In this document: positions 25,691 to 34,494 of the stretch, in pieces | Numbering within the stretch: the first letter of the stretch is position 1 | How the letters are laid out: the number at the start of each line of letters is the position of its first letter | From: a virus | Virus record (IMG/VR): IMGVR_UViG_3300047311_000826 | Span: 1 to 64,000 of that record | DNA: 64,000 nt | Strand: one strand, 5' to 3' | Translations under genes and position numbers: made by a program | Notes under the pieces: generated by a model | Seen by the model: the letters and a program-made list of their open reading frames with translations, nothing else | Databases searched by the model: none | Told to the model about the DNA's origin: nothing

Positions 25691-26276
25691 CCAACAACGC
25701 GAGTATATGAAGTCATACCGCGAACGTAATCGTGCGAGGATGAACGAGCAATCGCGCGCATGGCATGCGGATAACAAGGAGCGCGTGACCGCGAACAAGC
25801 GGGCGTACGTAGCGAAACATCGAAAGGAGACCAACGCATATCAGCGACAATGGGCGGTCGAGCATAAGGAGAGTCGTGACCTTACCAACGCCAAACGAAA
25901 GGAGGCTGACAAACTGCTACGGCGTGAGCATTTTCTGAAGTATCGCAGTCGATACATATGGAATAACATACGCAAGCGAGCGGAAGCCACGGGACGCCCG
26001 TTCGCCATGACACGCGAGATGATAGCGGACATGCTGGCCGATGCGGAGGTGTGTCCGGTGCTTGGGATACCCATGACATACGCGGAAGGGCGGGCGCATG
26101 ACGCCAGCCCATCGTTCGATTGTTTTGATCCTGTTCTGGGCTATGTGCCGGGCAACGTCCATGTCATAAGTCGGCGCGCGAACATGATCAAACATAACGC
26201 GACCATCGAAGAGGTTCGCATGGTGCTGACCTGGATGGAAGCGACTACCGTAGTAATTGACGCACTGAAGGAGTGA
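25674..26276 (+). CDS. HNH/endonuclease VII-like nuclease (possible free-standing homing endonuclease)
   Basis: 200 aa. N-terminal basic heptad-like repeats (YRERNRARMNE.., KRAYVAKHRKE..). The C-terminus CPVLGIPM...SPSFDCFDPVLGYVPGNVHVISRRANMIKHN resembles the phage HNH_3/EndoVII pattern. Confidence 0.5.
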   Translation: MTWSADQQREYMKSYRERNRARMNEQSRAWHADNKERVTANKRAYVAKHRKETNAYQRQWAVEHKESRDLTNAKRKEADKLLRREHFLKYRSRYIWNNIRKRAEATGRPFAMTREMIADMLADAEVCPVLGIPMTYAEGRAHDASPSFDCFDPVLGYVPGNVHVISRRANMIKHNATIEEVRMVLTWMEATTVVIDALKE

Positions 26277-26279
26277 ACA

Positions 26280-27455
26280 ATGAACCTCTCACAAGCCATG
26301 CAGGTTATGTTCCGCACCCACGTGGCCGCGTTGAGTCGTGGTGAACGGGCGAACGCCATCGAGATGAAGTCGGGGCCGGGGATCGGTAAATCGAGTGTCG
26401 TCCGTCAGGTATGCCAGACGCTGGCGCGCGAACTCAACGAGCCTGTGGGTATCGTCGTGGATATGTTGGCCACCAAGCAGTCACCGGACATACTCGGGTT
26501 CGGCCTGCCGACCAAGCCCGTCAATCCGGGAGATCCCATGGAGATGATCTTCTCACGCTCGCCCTGGTATCCCAAGCGTAATAATATGCAGGTTTATATG
26601 CCAGACGGATCGATGGTGGACAAGTATGGCTGGGATGGTGAGCTGCCACGTGTCGGTCTGCTGTTTCTGGATGAATTTTCGCAAAGTGAGGACGACGTCA
26701 AGAAGGCGGCCGCCGAGCTGCTGCTCAATGGCGAGGTGGGCGACACGCGGCTCCCCCTGGGCTGGCGCGTCATCGCCGCGTCGAACCGGTTGACCGACCG
26801 CGCCGGCGTGCTGCGTAGCCTGACGTTCATAACCAACCGGCGGATGGAGTTGAGCATCGATGCCCATCTGCCGACGTGGAATGCCTGGGTGGCCAGTTTA
26901 CGACCGGAGTCAAGGCCGCACCATCTCACCGTGAGCTTCGCCAACAAGAGCCCGGATCTGGTATTCAGGGATGCCGTGCCGCCGGGTGACGCACCCTTCT
27001 GCACGCCGCGAACGCTGGTGCTGATGGATCGCGATCTCAGGGCGTTACGCTCGGACGAGGACACGGCCAGAGACAGGCTGCCCATGGACGGGGTCGCGCG
27101 CGAGGTCTGCGCCGGGTGGATAGGCGGGGGCGAGAGCGCGCAGTATTTCACCCATGTGAAGTTCGCCGAGGAGCTGCCCGACATCGCCGACATCGTGGCC
27201 GACCCGGCGCGCGCCAAACTACCAGCGAAGATCGACGCGCAGATGGTGTGCGCGTTCATGCTGGCGCATAACCTGACCCAGGCCAACGCGCATCCCATGA
27301 TGAGATATATCACGCGCCTTAACATCGAGATGCAGACCCTGGCCGTGAAGACCATGACCAGTCAGAAGGAGCTTGCGAAACTCGTGGCAAACGAGCCATT
27401 GTTCACGAAGTGGCTGACCGACAACAAGGACATACTCATAGCGGCTTACGCGTAA
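26280..27455 (+). CDS. MoxR/AAA_5-type AAA+ ATPase
   Basis: 391 aa. Walker A is KSGPGIGKSSVV, Walker B is VGLLFLDEFSQSED, and RVIAASNR is the sensor-like region. Confidence 0.8.
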   Translation: MNLSQAMQVMFRTHVAALSRGERANAIEMKSGPGIGKSSVVRQVCQTLARELNEPVGIVVDMLATKQSPDILGFGLPTKPVNPGDPMEMIFSRSPWYPKRNNMQVYMPDGSMVDKYGWDGELPRVGLLFLDEFSQSEDDVKKAAAELLLNGEVGDTRLPLGWRVIAASNRLTDRAGVLRSLTFITNRRMELSIDAHLPTWNAWVASLRPESRPHHLTVSFANKSPDLVFRDAVPPGDAPFCTPRTLVLMDRDLRALRSDEDTARDRLPMDGVAREVCAGWIGGGESAQYFTHVKFAEELPDIADIVADPARAKLPAKIDAQMVCAFMLAHNLTQANAHPMMRYITRLNIEMQTLAVKTMTSQKELAKLVANEPLFTKWLTDNKDILIAAYA

Positions 27456-27579
27456 CCCATGCCTGTCCGGCCGCCTTACCACGTTCGAGCTGACGTAGAA
27501 CGGGATCGACCCCGTCAGCCGCATGCCTGTGCGAACGGATGTGGGAGGCCGGGCGGGTTATTTAATACGGGATTAACAT

Positions 27580-27657
27580 GAGCGCGCCCGCACCAGCGCT
27601 TGCTGGGGCGAAGCGCGACCGGGATCAATAAGAGCGGGAGCGAATGGGATGGATATG
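27580..27657 (+). repeat. conserved intergenic stem-loop element, copy A
   Basis: GAGCGCGCCCGCACCAG-loop-CTGGGGCGAAGCGCGACCGGGA... is shared with copy B (29421-29498). The stem is conserved and the loop varies. It is preceded by motif TTTAATACGGGATTAAC. Confidence 0.65.
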
Positions 27658-28005
27658 CAACGTAAGACGCTGGGTACCATGGCCGAGATCGCCGCCCAGT
27701 TGGCCGTGCATGATGATCATATCGAGGTGTATATGTTCTGGTATCGTGACCTGAGGCGCGACGAGGAACAGTTCGATCATATGTTCATGCGCGAGGCGGA
27801 CGCGCTGGCGTGCGCCACCACGTGGATCAAAGGCGTCATGCATCAACGCGCGGGGGCCTATGACCTCGACATCATCGCGGCAGGTGGCACGATCCAGGGG
27901 CTGCCACCCCTGGACCTGCCCATGGACTGGCATGACGTGGTCGACTGGTTCGCTAACGATGACCAGTTCAACGGTGGCATCGCTCGGACGGAAGTGCTTA
28001 TCTGA
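27649..28005 (+). CDS. hypothetical protein (118 aa)
   Basis: ORF track. No motif recognised. Confidence 0.5.
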   Translation: MDMQRKTLGTMAEIAAQLAVHDDHIEVYMFWYRDLRRDEEQFDHMFMREADALACATTWIKGVMHQRAGAYDLDIIAAGGTIQGLPPLDLPMDWHDVVDWFANDDQFNGGIARTEVLI

Positions 28006-28046
28006 GTTTACGACAGTAGTAGAATAACTCCCAAGGAGAATAACAC

Positions 28047-29003
28047 ATGGATCAACAAGTGAGCCATGGCGATACCAGCATGGCTGGGAGCGCCGGCGAG
28101 GTGACAAGAGTGGATCGCGAGGATCTCACCGAGGCCGTCAGGGCCACCGCGTTATTGGCGGATCTCACCATCTCCACATGGCATGGCGAGCTTACCGACC
28201 GTAAGATCGGCGCCAGGATCAAGGACGACATGGGCGCCATCGGTAACACCGGCAAGTATGTGAAGAACCTCATGGCCGGGGTAGATGGGAGTCTGAAGGA
28301 AGTCCAGGCTGCCTATCTCTCCGCCCGCGCATTGCATTATCAACTCACGTTGCCGTGGGTCACCAACCCGACCGTGTCGGATCGCAAGACGGGTCCAAGA
28401 TTACTCCCGAACTTATTATTCGACCGCTATCTCACCGAGATGTCGAAGTTACGACGGGAGGCGCATCGCAAGCTGGGCGATTTCATAGCCGAGTATCCTG
28501 ATCTCGCCTACCGGGCGCGGCAGAACCTGGCCGGCATGGCGAACGTCAACGACTACCCGGACCCGGAGGACCTGCGCAAGCGGTTCAAACTTTCCTTCGA
28601 CTTCGCGCCCATCCCATCCGCCACGGCCTTCCAGGGCCTGCCTGACGGCATGCTCGAACGGCTGGGCGCCCAGCTCAAGGCGCGGCAGGAGGCGGCGCTG
28701 GGCGTGGCCCAGGCCTATATGTGGGAGCGGGTGCGCGAGAACGTGGGCCACCTGATCGAGCGGCTCGATGACCCGGGCAACAAGTTCAAGGCCAACACGG
28801 TGGACAACGTGCGCGAACTTATGACCACCCTGCCCGGCTTCAACTGCACGAACGACCCGCGTGTGAGTGAGATCGTCGCCGATATAGATCGTATGCTCGA
28901 AGGGACATCGCCCAGGATGTTCCGTCAGTCCAACGATACCCGCGCCGACGTGGTGCGGCAGGCGCGTGCCATCAACGATAAGTTATCACAATGGGGGTTA
29001 TAG
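28047..29003 (+). CDS. hypothetical protein (318 aa) between the AAA ATPase and VWA genes
   Basis: ORF track. Preceded by TTTACGACAGTAGTAG...AAGGAG. It contains an internal motif copy at 28448. Confidence 0.6.
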   Translation: MDQQVSHGDTSMAGSAGEVTRVDREDLTEAVRATALLADLTISTWHGELTDRKIGARIKDDMGAIGNTGKYVKNLMAGVDGSLKEVQAAYLSARALHYQLTLPWVTNPTVSDRKTGPRLLPNLLFDRYLTEMSKLRREAHRKLGDFIAEYPDLAYRARQNLAGMANVNDYPDPEDLRKRFKLSFDFAPIPSATAFQGLPDGMLERLGAQLKARQEAALGVAQAYMWERVRENVGHLIERLDDPGNKFKANTVDNVRELMTTLPGFNCTNDPRVSEIVADIDRMLEGTSPRMFRQSNDTRADVVRQARAINDKLSQWGL

Positions 29004-29237
29004 ATGATCAGCTGGTATCCCATCGCGGACGTGCCCGACAACCTGACCGATGACGATATGATATTGTTATGGTGTCCCGAACTTACGATAAGCGGACCGG
29101 TCATGGTCGCTTACAGGTCCAACGATGAATGGGTATGCGCGGCGACCGGGGAACATATCAGCGCGCTGGTAACGCATCACGCCAGTATCAATCCACCAGG
29201 AGAGGAGGACGACGCATGGGTAGACGATACGGACTGA
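29004..29237 (+). CDS. DUF551-like small protein (77 aa)
   Basis: The pattern W.PI.D.P........ILLW.....G..V.AY..NDEW......EHIS.LVTHH..INPPG resembles DUF551 (W..v...lP...vl....g....a.y....W.....VTHWMPLPEPP). Confidence 0.45.
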   Translation: MISWYPIADVPDNLTDDDMILLWCPELTISGPVMVAYRSNDEWVCAATGEHISALVTHHASINPPGEEDDAWVDDTD

Positions 29238-29422
29238 TACTCACGCCATCAAGATCGAATGATCCGGACGGCGACTCGGGATATGACATCGTCGATCATG
29301 GCGATGGCGAGCACGCTGACATCACCATGGCGCGTAACGTGCCATACCGCCACGCGGTGTTCATCGTGGCCGCGCTGAACGAGCATGATGATCGCCTGGC
29401 GGACGACGGGCCGCTCGCCTGA
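29216..29422 (+). CDS. hypothetical protein (68 aa)
   Basis: The ATG at 29216 follows AGGAGAGGAGG. It is the in-frame part of track ORF 29129-29422 and overlaps the upstream gene end. Confidence 0.4.
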   Translation: MGRRYGLILTPSRSNDPDGDSGYDIVDHGDGEHADITMARNVPYRHAVFIVAALNEHDDRLADDGPLA

Positions 29423-29498
29423 GCGCGCCCGCACCAGTGTCCGCGTAGCGGACCTGGGGCGAAGCACGACCGGAGTAACCAAGGAGTGAAAGCATATG
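29421..29498 (+). repeat. conserved intergenic stem-loop element, copy B
   Basis: GAGCGCGCCCGCACCAG-(GTCCGCGTAGCGGAC nested hairpin)-CTGGGGCGAAGCACGACCGGAGTAACCAAGGAGTG..ATG. Confidence 0.65.
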
Positions 29499-30836
29499 AG
29501 TAAGGCAACGCCGGCGCGCCTGACCCCCGCGCAGGAGAAGACCCTCTCCATCGCGCGCATCGCGTTCATGATGGAAGCGCCGTTCTACGCGCATCTCTAT
29601 CATAGCCTGGGCAAGGAGGTGATAACCCGCGCTCTTCCGTCGCTGGCGACCGACGGACGCAGGATACTCATCAACCCCGAGTATTTCTGTGGCCTGAGCG
29701 TATCGGAGCAGGTATTCGCGCTGGCCCATGAGATGGCGCACCTCGTCATGCGTCATCCTCGGCGCATGACCGCTTATCGCAGGGCGGGCAAGCTCAGGGA
29801 CAAGCCATACATACAGAAGCTCGGCAACATCTGCGCCGACTATGTCATCAACGCGGGACTGATCGAGAGCCACGTGGGATCGTGCAACCCGAACTGGCTC
29901 TACGACAAGGACATCAAAGGGGACGAGCTGTGGGAGGACGTCTACGAGCGGCTCTGGGTCGATCCGCCACCCCCGCCGCCCGGCAAGGGCAGGCCATGCG
30001 AGGATGGCGAGGGCGATGGGGATCAGGATAACTCCGGTAGTAATAAAGGCCAGCCAGCTCACGAGCCGGTGAAAGCGGGCAAGAAGGTCTCCGCCACGGG
30101 TAAGCCGGACAAGTTCGCCGAGGCCAACGATGGCGCGTTCGACGAAGTATGGGAGCCCGGGGTGGACCCGGCCACGGGCGAGGTGGACGTGCCCGAGGAG
30201 CATGAGTTCAAGGAGGCGGTGGCGCGTGCCGCCGCCGTGGCCAAGGCCATGGGTAAGCTGCCTGGGAACGTCCAGCGCATGGTCGACGATATCCTCGCCC
30301 CTCAGGTGGACTGGCGCGAGCACATAAGATTGACCATGACCGGCAAGGTGGGCGCGCGCGGCGAGACGTGGAAGAAGCTCAACCGGCGCAGGCTGGTGCT
30401 GACGCCGACGATCATATTACCAGGACGCAACAGTTACGGTTGCGAGCTGGTGGTGGTCGGCGTCGATACGTCGGGCTCGATAGGCGACAACGAGCTTAAC
30501 GTGTTCCTCTCCGAGGTGTCGGGCATCCTGGCCGATGTCAAACCGCGCCGCATCATGGTCATCGGCTGTGATTACCATGTCACCCAGGTGGACGAGGTGG
30601 ACAGCCTCGATGACTTCGAGGTGCTGCGCGCCAAGGGGATCAAGGGCGGTGGCGGCACGCGGTTCGAGCCGGTCATGGACTACGTGAAGGAACATGATCT
30701 GCGACCCGAGATGATGGTCTATCTCACGGATGGTGTCGGCGACCTGACGTTTCCGGCACCGCCTTATCCGGTCGTATGGGCAATGACCACGGATGTCGAA
30801 GCGTCGTGGGGCGAGGTGGTGCGTATCAAAGTTTAA
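29496..30836 (+). CDS. VWA-domain protein with an N-terminal HExxH metallopeptidase-like domain (DUF2201-type)
   Basis: 446 aa. HEMAHLVMRH. The MIDAS motif is VVVGVDTSGSIG. Other motifs are GGGGTRFEPV and VYLTDGVGD. It is the typical partner of MoxR ATPases. Confidence 0.8.
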   Translation: MSKATPARLTPAQEKTLSIARIAFMMEAPFYAHLYHSLGKEVITRALPSLATDGRRILINPEYFCGLSVSEQVFALAHEMAHLVMRHPRRMTAYRRAGKLRDKPYIQKLGNICADYVINAGLIESHVGSCNPNWLYDKDIKGDELWEDVYERLWVDPPPPPPGKGRPCEDGEGDGDQDNSGSNKGQPAHEPVKAGKKVSATGKPDKFAEANDGAFDEVWEPGVDPATGEVDVPEEHEFKEAVARAAAVAKAMGKLPGNVQRMVDDILAPQVDWREHIRLTMTGKVGARGETWKKLNRRRLVLTPTIILPGRNSYGCELVVVGVDTSGSIGDNELNVFLSEVSGILADVKPRRIMVIGCDYHVTQVDEVDSLDDFEVLRAKGIKGGGGTRFEPVMDYVKEHDLRPEMMVYLTDGVGDLTFPAPPYPVVWAMTTDVEASWGEVVRIKV

Positions 30837-30851
30837 TACGGGAGTGAACCA

Positions 30852-31244
30852 ATGAAAACGAATGACATCAGGCGCTGGCTGATCGCGCGGCGCGACGCGC
30901 TGATATACGAGCGGGATCATATCCAACCGCGTATCGATAATCTGAACCTGCTGATCGCCGAGGTCGAGGCCGGACCGGTGGTCACGGCGCCACCGAACCC
31001 ACCGCCGGTGGAGCGGCGTAAGAAGGTACCCGCCGCCGCCGAGGCGGCGACGCTGCTGGCGCTCGAAGCGGCGGGCGAGGCGGGCCTTAGCGGGCGCGAG
31101 CTGGCGGCGGTGGCCCAGCTGCCCGTGGGCACCGCGTCGGCGCGGCTGACCATCCTGAAGCAGGCGGGCGTGGTGCGGCACGACGCGAAGCTGGCGCGGT
31201 ATTTTGTCACGCATTCCAAACAAGAGGACAACAACATCCAATGA
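30852..31244 (+). CDS. winged-helix (MarR-like) DNA-binding protein
   Basis: 130 aa. The C-terminus LLALEAAGEAGLSGRELAAVAQLPVGTASARLTILKQAGVVRHD is a wHTH pattern. Preceded by GTTTAATACGGGAGTGAACCA-ATG. Confidence 0.55.
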   Translation: MKTNDIRRWLIARRDALIYERDHIQPRIDNLNLLIAEVEAGPVVTAPPNPPPVERRKKVPAAAEAATLLALEAAGEAGLSGRELAAVAQLPVGTASARLTILKQAGVVRHDAKLARYFVTHSKQEDNNIQ

Positions 31245-31363
31245 TGCACCCGTTGCTGGCGCTGCTGGGCGACCCGCGCTTCGACCTGTTCGACATGGCG
31301 CTGGCGGTGGTGATGGGTGCCGTGGCCGGCGCGCTGATCGAGCTTTGGTTGGGAAGGAGATGA
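31241..31363 (+). CDS. small hydrophobic peptide of 40 aa, missing from the ORF track
   Basis: ATGA overlap with the upstream stop. The sequence is MMHPLLALLGDPRFDLFDMALAVVMGAVAGALIELWLGRR. Confidence 0.35.
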   Translation: MMHPLLALLGDPRFDLFDMALAVVMGAVAGALIELWLGRR

Positions 31364-31368
31364 CTTAG

Positions 31369-32193
31369 ATGCCGAACCGGGAACTGACACAGAGGATGAA
31401 AGACTTCCTGGAACGCCGCGTGCTGTACGTGGCCGACCAGACGCTGAAATACGCGACGATGGACTTCCCACTTAGCCTGGTTCAGATCCAGCAGGCGATC
31501 ATGAGCGATGCTCTCATGGAAAACGCGAAGGCCCTGAAGCGCGCGCAGATCACCACGTTGATGGAACAGACCTGCATCCACGTCCGTTTCGGGCGGGACA
31601 TACTACCGGAGTTACGCCGGGGCGCGGTCATGAGGTTTCAGCTCCCCGTCCCGGTGGTCGCGAAACAGGATACCTCCCTCTTCTACTGCGGGCCGTCCGA
31701 CCCGTCGGTGTTTTCGCACCGGGGCAAAAATATACTCCTGCCCGACTTCGCCGAGCATCCCTTAAGCACCGAGACGCGGGAGGATCTGGTTAATTGGCTC
31801 AACCGCGTCATCAGGCAGCAGCGTCTGCGCGATGTCACGGTCGCCACGGCGAACAGCGTCATCCGGGATAACGCGAAGAGTTGCGCGCACCTGCGCGCCG
31901 TGTGGCCCACCCTGTGCACGCTCGCCGACGATGTGAAGGGCACCAGTTTCCGAACGCACTACGCACAGGACCGGGACTTCGTCGAGCGGTTGCGCGACGA
32001 CCTGCGCGCGGTGCACCGTAACCTGGAGATGTACAAGCCACTACCCAGCGTGGTCGGAACATATGGCAGGAGGATCTCGGTGGCCGACACCGTGCTGGTG
32101 GCGGGGTTGCTGCTGGCGCCGCTGGACGAGGACACCACGCGGCCCATCGCCACGCTCGCGGCGTGGGAGAAGATAGAGGGGGACACGGTATGA
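31369..32193 (+). CDS. hypothetical protein (274 aa)
   Basis: ORF track. ATGA-coupled to the DNA polymerase gene. Confidence 0.6.
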   Translation: MPNRELTQRMKDFLERRVLYVADQTLKYATMDFPLSLVQIQQAIMSDALMENAKALKRAQITTLMEQTCIHVRFGRDILPELRRGAVMRFQLPVPVVAKQDTSLFYCGPSDPSVFSHRGKNILLPDFAEHPLSTETREDLVNWLNRVIRQQRLRDVTVATANSVIRDNAKSCAHLRAVWPTLCTLADDVKGTSFRTHYAQDRDFVERLRDDLRAVHRNLEMYKPLPSVVGTYGRRISVADTVLVAGLLLAPLDEDTTRPIATLAAWEKIEGDTV

Positions 32194-34070
32194 TCGTGAC
32201 CATCGACTTCGAAACGTTCTACAGTCAGGATTATTCGCTTCGCAGAATGAGTGAGGTGGACTACATACTCGACCCGCGCTTCGAGACCATCATGTGCTCG
32301 GTGAAGATGGGCGACGCGGAGACCGTGGTCCATGTGGGCGTCAAGGACGTCAACCGCGCGCTGCACGCCATCGACTGGGACAAGCACGCGATGCTGGCGC
32401 ACAACGCGCGCTTCGATGGCGCCATACTCAACTGGCGCTTCAACATAACACCCGCGTTGTATCTGGACACGCTGAGCATGGCCAACGCGCTGACCAGGGC
32501 GGTGGTGAAGTCCTCTTCGCTTGAGTCCCTGGCGCGGCACTTCCGCCTGCCGCCCAAGGGCACGGCGGTGCACGACATGAAGGGGCGCGACCTCGCCTCG
32601 CTCAGCCAGGATGAGGTGGCGATCTACGCCGAGTACTGCGCGCATGACACTGATCTCTGCCGGGAGATCTTCGACCGCTTCATGACGATCTTCCCGAAGA
32701 CCGAGCTTAAGGTGATCGACCTGTCGCTGCGCATGTTCATCCTGCCGCAGGTGGTGCTGAACCAGGCCAAGCTGGCCGAGCACCTCAACCTGGTGCGGGC
32801 CGAGAAAGCCGCCGCCTTCGCCCAGGTGGCGCACATATCCCCGGACCGGTTCTCGTCGAACCTGAAGTTCGGCGAGTTACTACGGGAGTATGGCGTCGAG
32901 CCGCCGACCAAGATCTCCCCCACGACGGGCGAGCGCACCCTGGCGCTGGCGAAGAACGACCGCGAGTTCAAAGACCTGTGCGCCGACCCCGAGCAGCCCG
33001 CCAAAGTCCAGGCGCTGCTGGCAGTCCGGCTGAACGCCAAGTCCACCATCGAGGAGACCCGCGCCGCCACGCTCCTCAATCTTTCCCAACGCTCGTGGGG
33101 AATGGAGGGCGATGGCTGGATGCCGGTGCCCTATAAGTATTTCGGCGCGCATACGGGCAGGTTTTCGGGCGACGGTGGCTACAACTTCGCCAACCTCAAA
33201 CGCGGCTCGCCCTTGCGCGACGCCATCGAGGCACCCGCCGGGTTCCGCATCGCGCACCGGGACAGCTCGCAGATCGAGGCGCGCATCGTCGCCTGGCTGG
33301 CCGGGTGCGACGCGCTCGTGGCCGCGTTCGCCGAGGGGCGGGATGTCTATTCCGAGTTCGCGTCGCGCTTCTATGGGCACACGGTGACCCGCGAGGACAA
33401 GCTGGAGCGCTTCACCGGCAAGACCGCCATCCTGAGCCTTGGGTATGGCGCCGGCGCCGAGCGGTTCCGGCACGCCCTTCACATAGGTCAGGGCGGCGTC
33501 AGCGTCACGCTGGACCTCGTGGAGGCCGACAGGCTGGTCAACGCGTACCGCAACCTCTACGACGAGATCCCGAGGTTGTGGCGGCTGGGCAACGAGGCGA
33601 TCAGACGAATGATCCAGGCCACGGGCGAGCCCGCGCTGTACTTTCCGGTGGTCGAGCTGGGCGAGACGTGCGTGTGGCTGCCCAACGAGACCGCCATCGT
33701 CTATCCCAACCTGCGGCGCGAGCGTGACGCGCTGGACCCCGCCAGGACCAACACCGTCTACGACGGGCCTTATGGTGGGATAAAAAAGCTCTACGGCGCC
33801 AAGCTGATCGAGAACGTGACCCAGGCGCTGGCTCGCATCGTGGTGACCGATATCATGCTGCGCGTGAAACAATTGACCGGATACCGGCCTTTCATGTCGA
33901 CATACGACAGCCATGACTATATCGTGCCCTGGGCCGAGGCTCCCGCGTTCGATGCGATACTTGAACGACAATTCCTGGTGGGACCCGCCTGGGCCGAGGG
34001 GCTGCCACTGGCGTCCGAGGGTGGCTGGGGCGCCACGTTGCTGGAGGCCGAGCGAGGAGTGAACCAATGA
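32190..34070 (+). CDS. family A DNA polymerase with a 3'-5' exonuclease domain
   Basis: The start MIVTIDFETFY gives exo motif I. AHNARFDG is exo II. Pol motif A is RDSSQIEARIVAWL, motif B is RFTGKTAILSLGYGAG, and YDSHDY is motif C-like. Confidence 0.9.
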   Translation: MIVTIDFETFYSQDYSLRRMSEVDYILDPRFETIMCSVKMGDAETVVHVGVKDVNRALHAIDWDKHAMLAHNARFDGAILNWRFNITPALYLDTLSMANALTRAVVKSSSLESLARHFRLPPKGTAVHDMKGRDLASLSQDEVAIYAEYCAHDTDLCREIFDRFMTIFPKTELKVIDLSLRMFILPQVVLNQAKLAEHLNLVRAEKAAAFAQVAHISPDRFSSNLKFGELLREYGVEPPTKISPTTGERTLALAKNDREFKDLCADPEQPAKVQALLAVRLNAKSTIEETRAATLLNLSQRSWGMEGDGWMPVPYKYFGAHTGRFSGDGGYNFANLKRGSPLRDAIEAPAGFRIAHRDSSQIEARIVAWLAGCDALVAAFAEGRDVYSEFASRFYGHTVTREDKLERFTGKTAILSLGYGAGAERFRHALHIGQGGVSVTLDLVEADRLVNAYRNLYDEIPRLWRLGNEAIRRMIQATGEPALYFPVVELGETCVWLPNETAIVYPNLRRERDALDPARTNTVYDGPYGGIKKLYGAKLIENVTQALARIVVTDIMLRVKQLTGYRPFMSTYDSHDYIVPWAEAPAFDAILERQFLVGPAWAEGLPLASEGGWGATLLEAERGVNQ

Positions 34071-34243
34071 AGGAATACACCACCGAGTTCCAACGCGGAG
34101 CCGAAGCGATGCGGGCCGCGTGCATCACTATCGTCGAGCCGCTTGGAACCTACTCGGACACCGTCGAGATGCAGACGATATTACGGATCAGGTCGGAACT
34201 TGAACGTTTGATCCGAACCATCGAGCTTACCCATGGGGACTAA
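34067..34243 (+). CDS. hypothetical protein of 58 aa, missing from the ORF track
   Basis: ATGA overlap with the polymerase stop. The sequence is MKEYTTEFQRGAEAMRAACITIVEPLGTYSDTVEMQTILRIRSELERLIRTIELTHGD. Confidence 0.45.
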   Translation: MKEYTTEFQRGAEAMRAACITIVEPLGTYSDTVEMQTILRIRSELERLIRTIELTHGD

Positions 34244-34490
34244 ACAGCATCCGGCCGCGTTCGATTGTTATGCCAACGCCGAGCCCGACGAGCCCATGTT
34301 CGTCCTGCTGGCCCGCGACAAGGACGCGCCGTTGTTGGTCAAGCTATGGGCGCAGCTGCGCGAGGGCGCGGTCGAGATGGGCGCCAAGCCGGTGGAGGAC
34401 CTGGTTCAGGTCAACGAAGCGAAACAATGCGCTTACGAGATGGAGCGCTGGCGCATCACCAGGAACAACCGGAGGCCGAGCGAGGAGTGA
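34233..34490 (+). CDS. hypothetical protein (85 aa)
   Basis: ORF track. The segment EPDEPMFVLLARDKDAPLLVKLWA resembles a recurrent small phage protein pattern. Confidence 0.5.
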   Translation: MGTKQHPAAFDCYANAEPDEPMFVLLARDKDAPLLVKLWAQLREGAVEMGAKPVEDLVQVNEAKQCAYEMERWRITRNNRRPSEE

Positions 34491-34494
34491 ACCA

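Noticed and set aside
32877-32892. The internal motif copy in the DNA polymerase gene, followed by an ATG, as an internal or overlapping gene start.
   Set aside because: The ATG lies only 1 nt after GGAG and is out of frame. It opens an Arg/Pro/Ser-rich ORF that looks non-coding.
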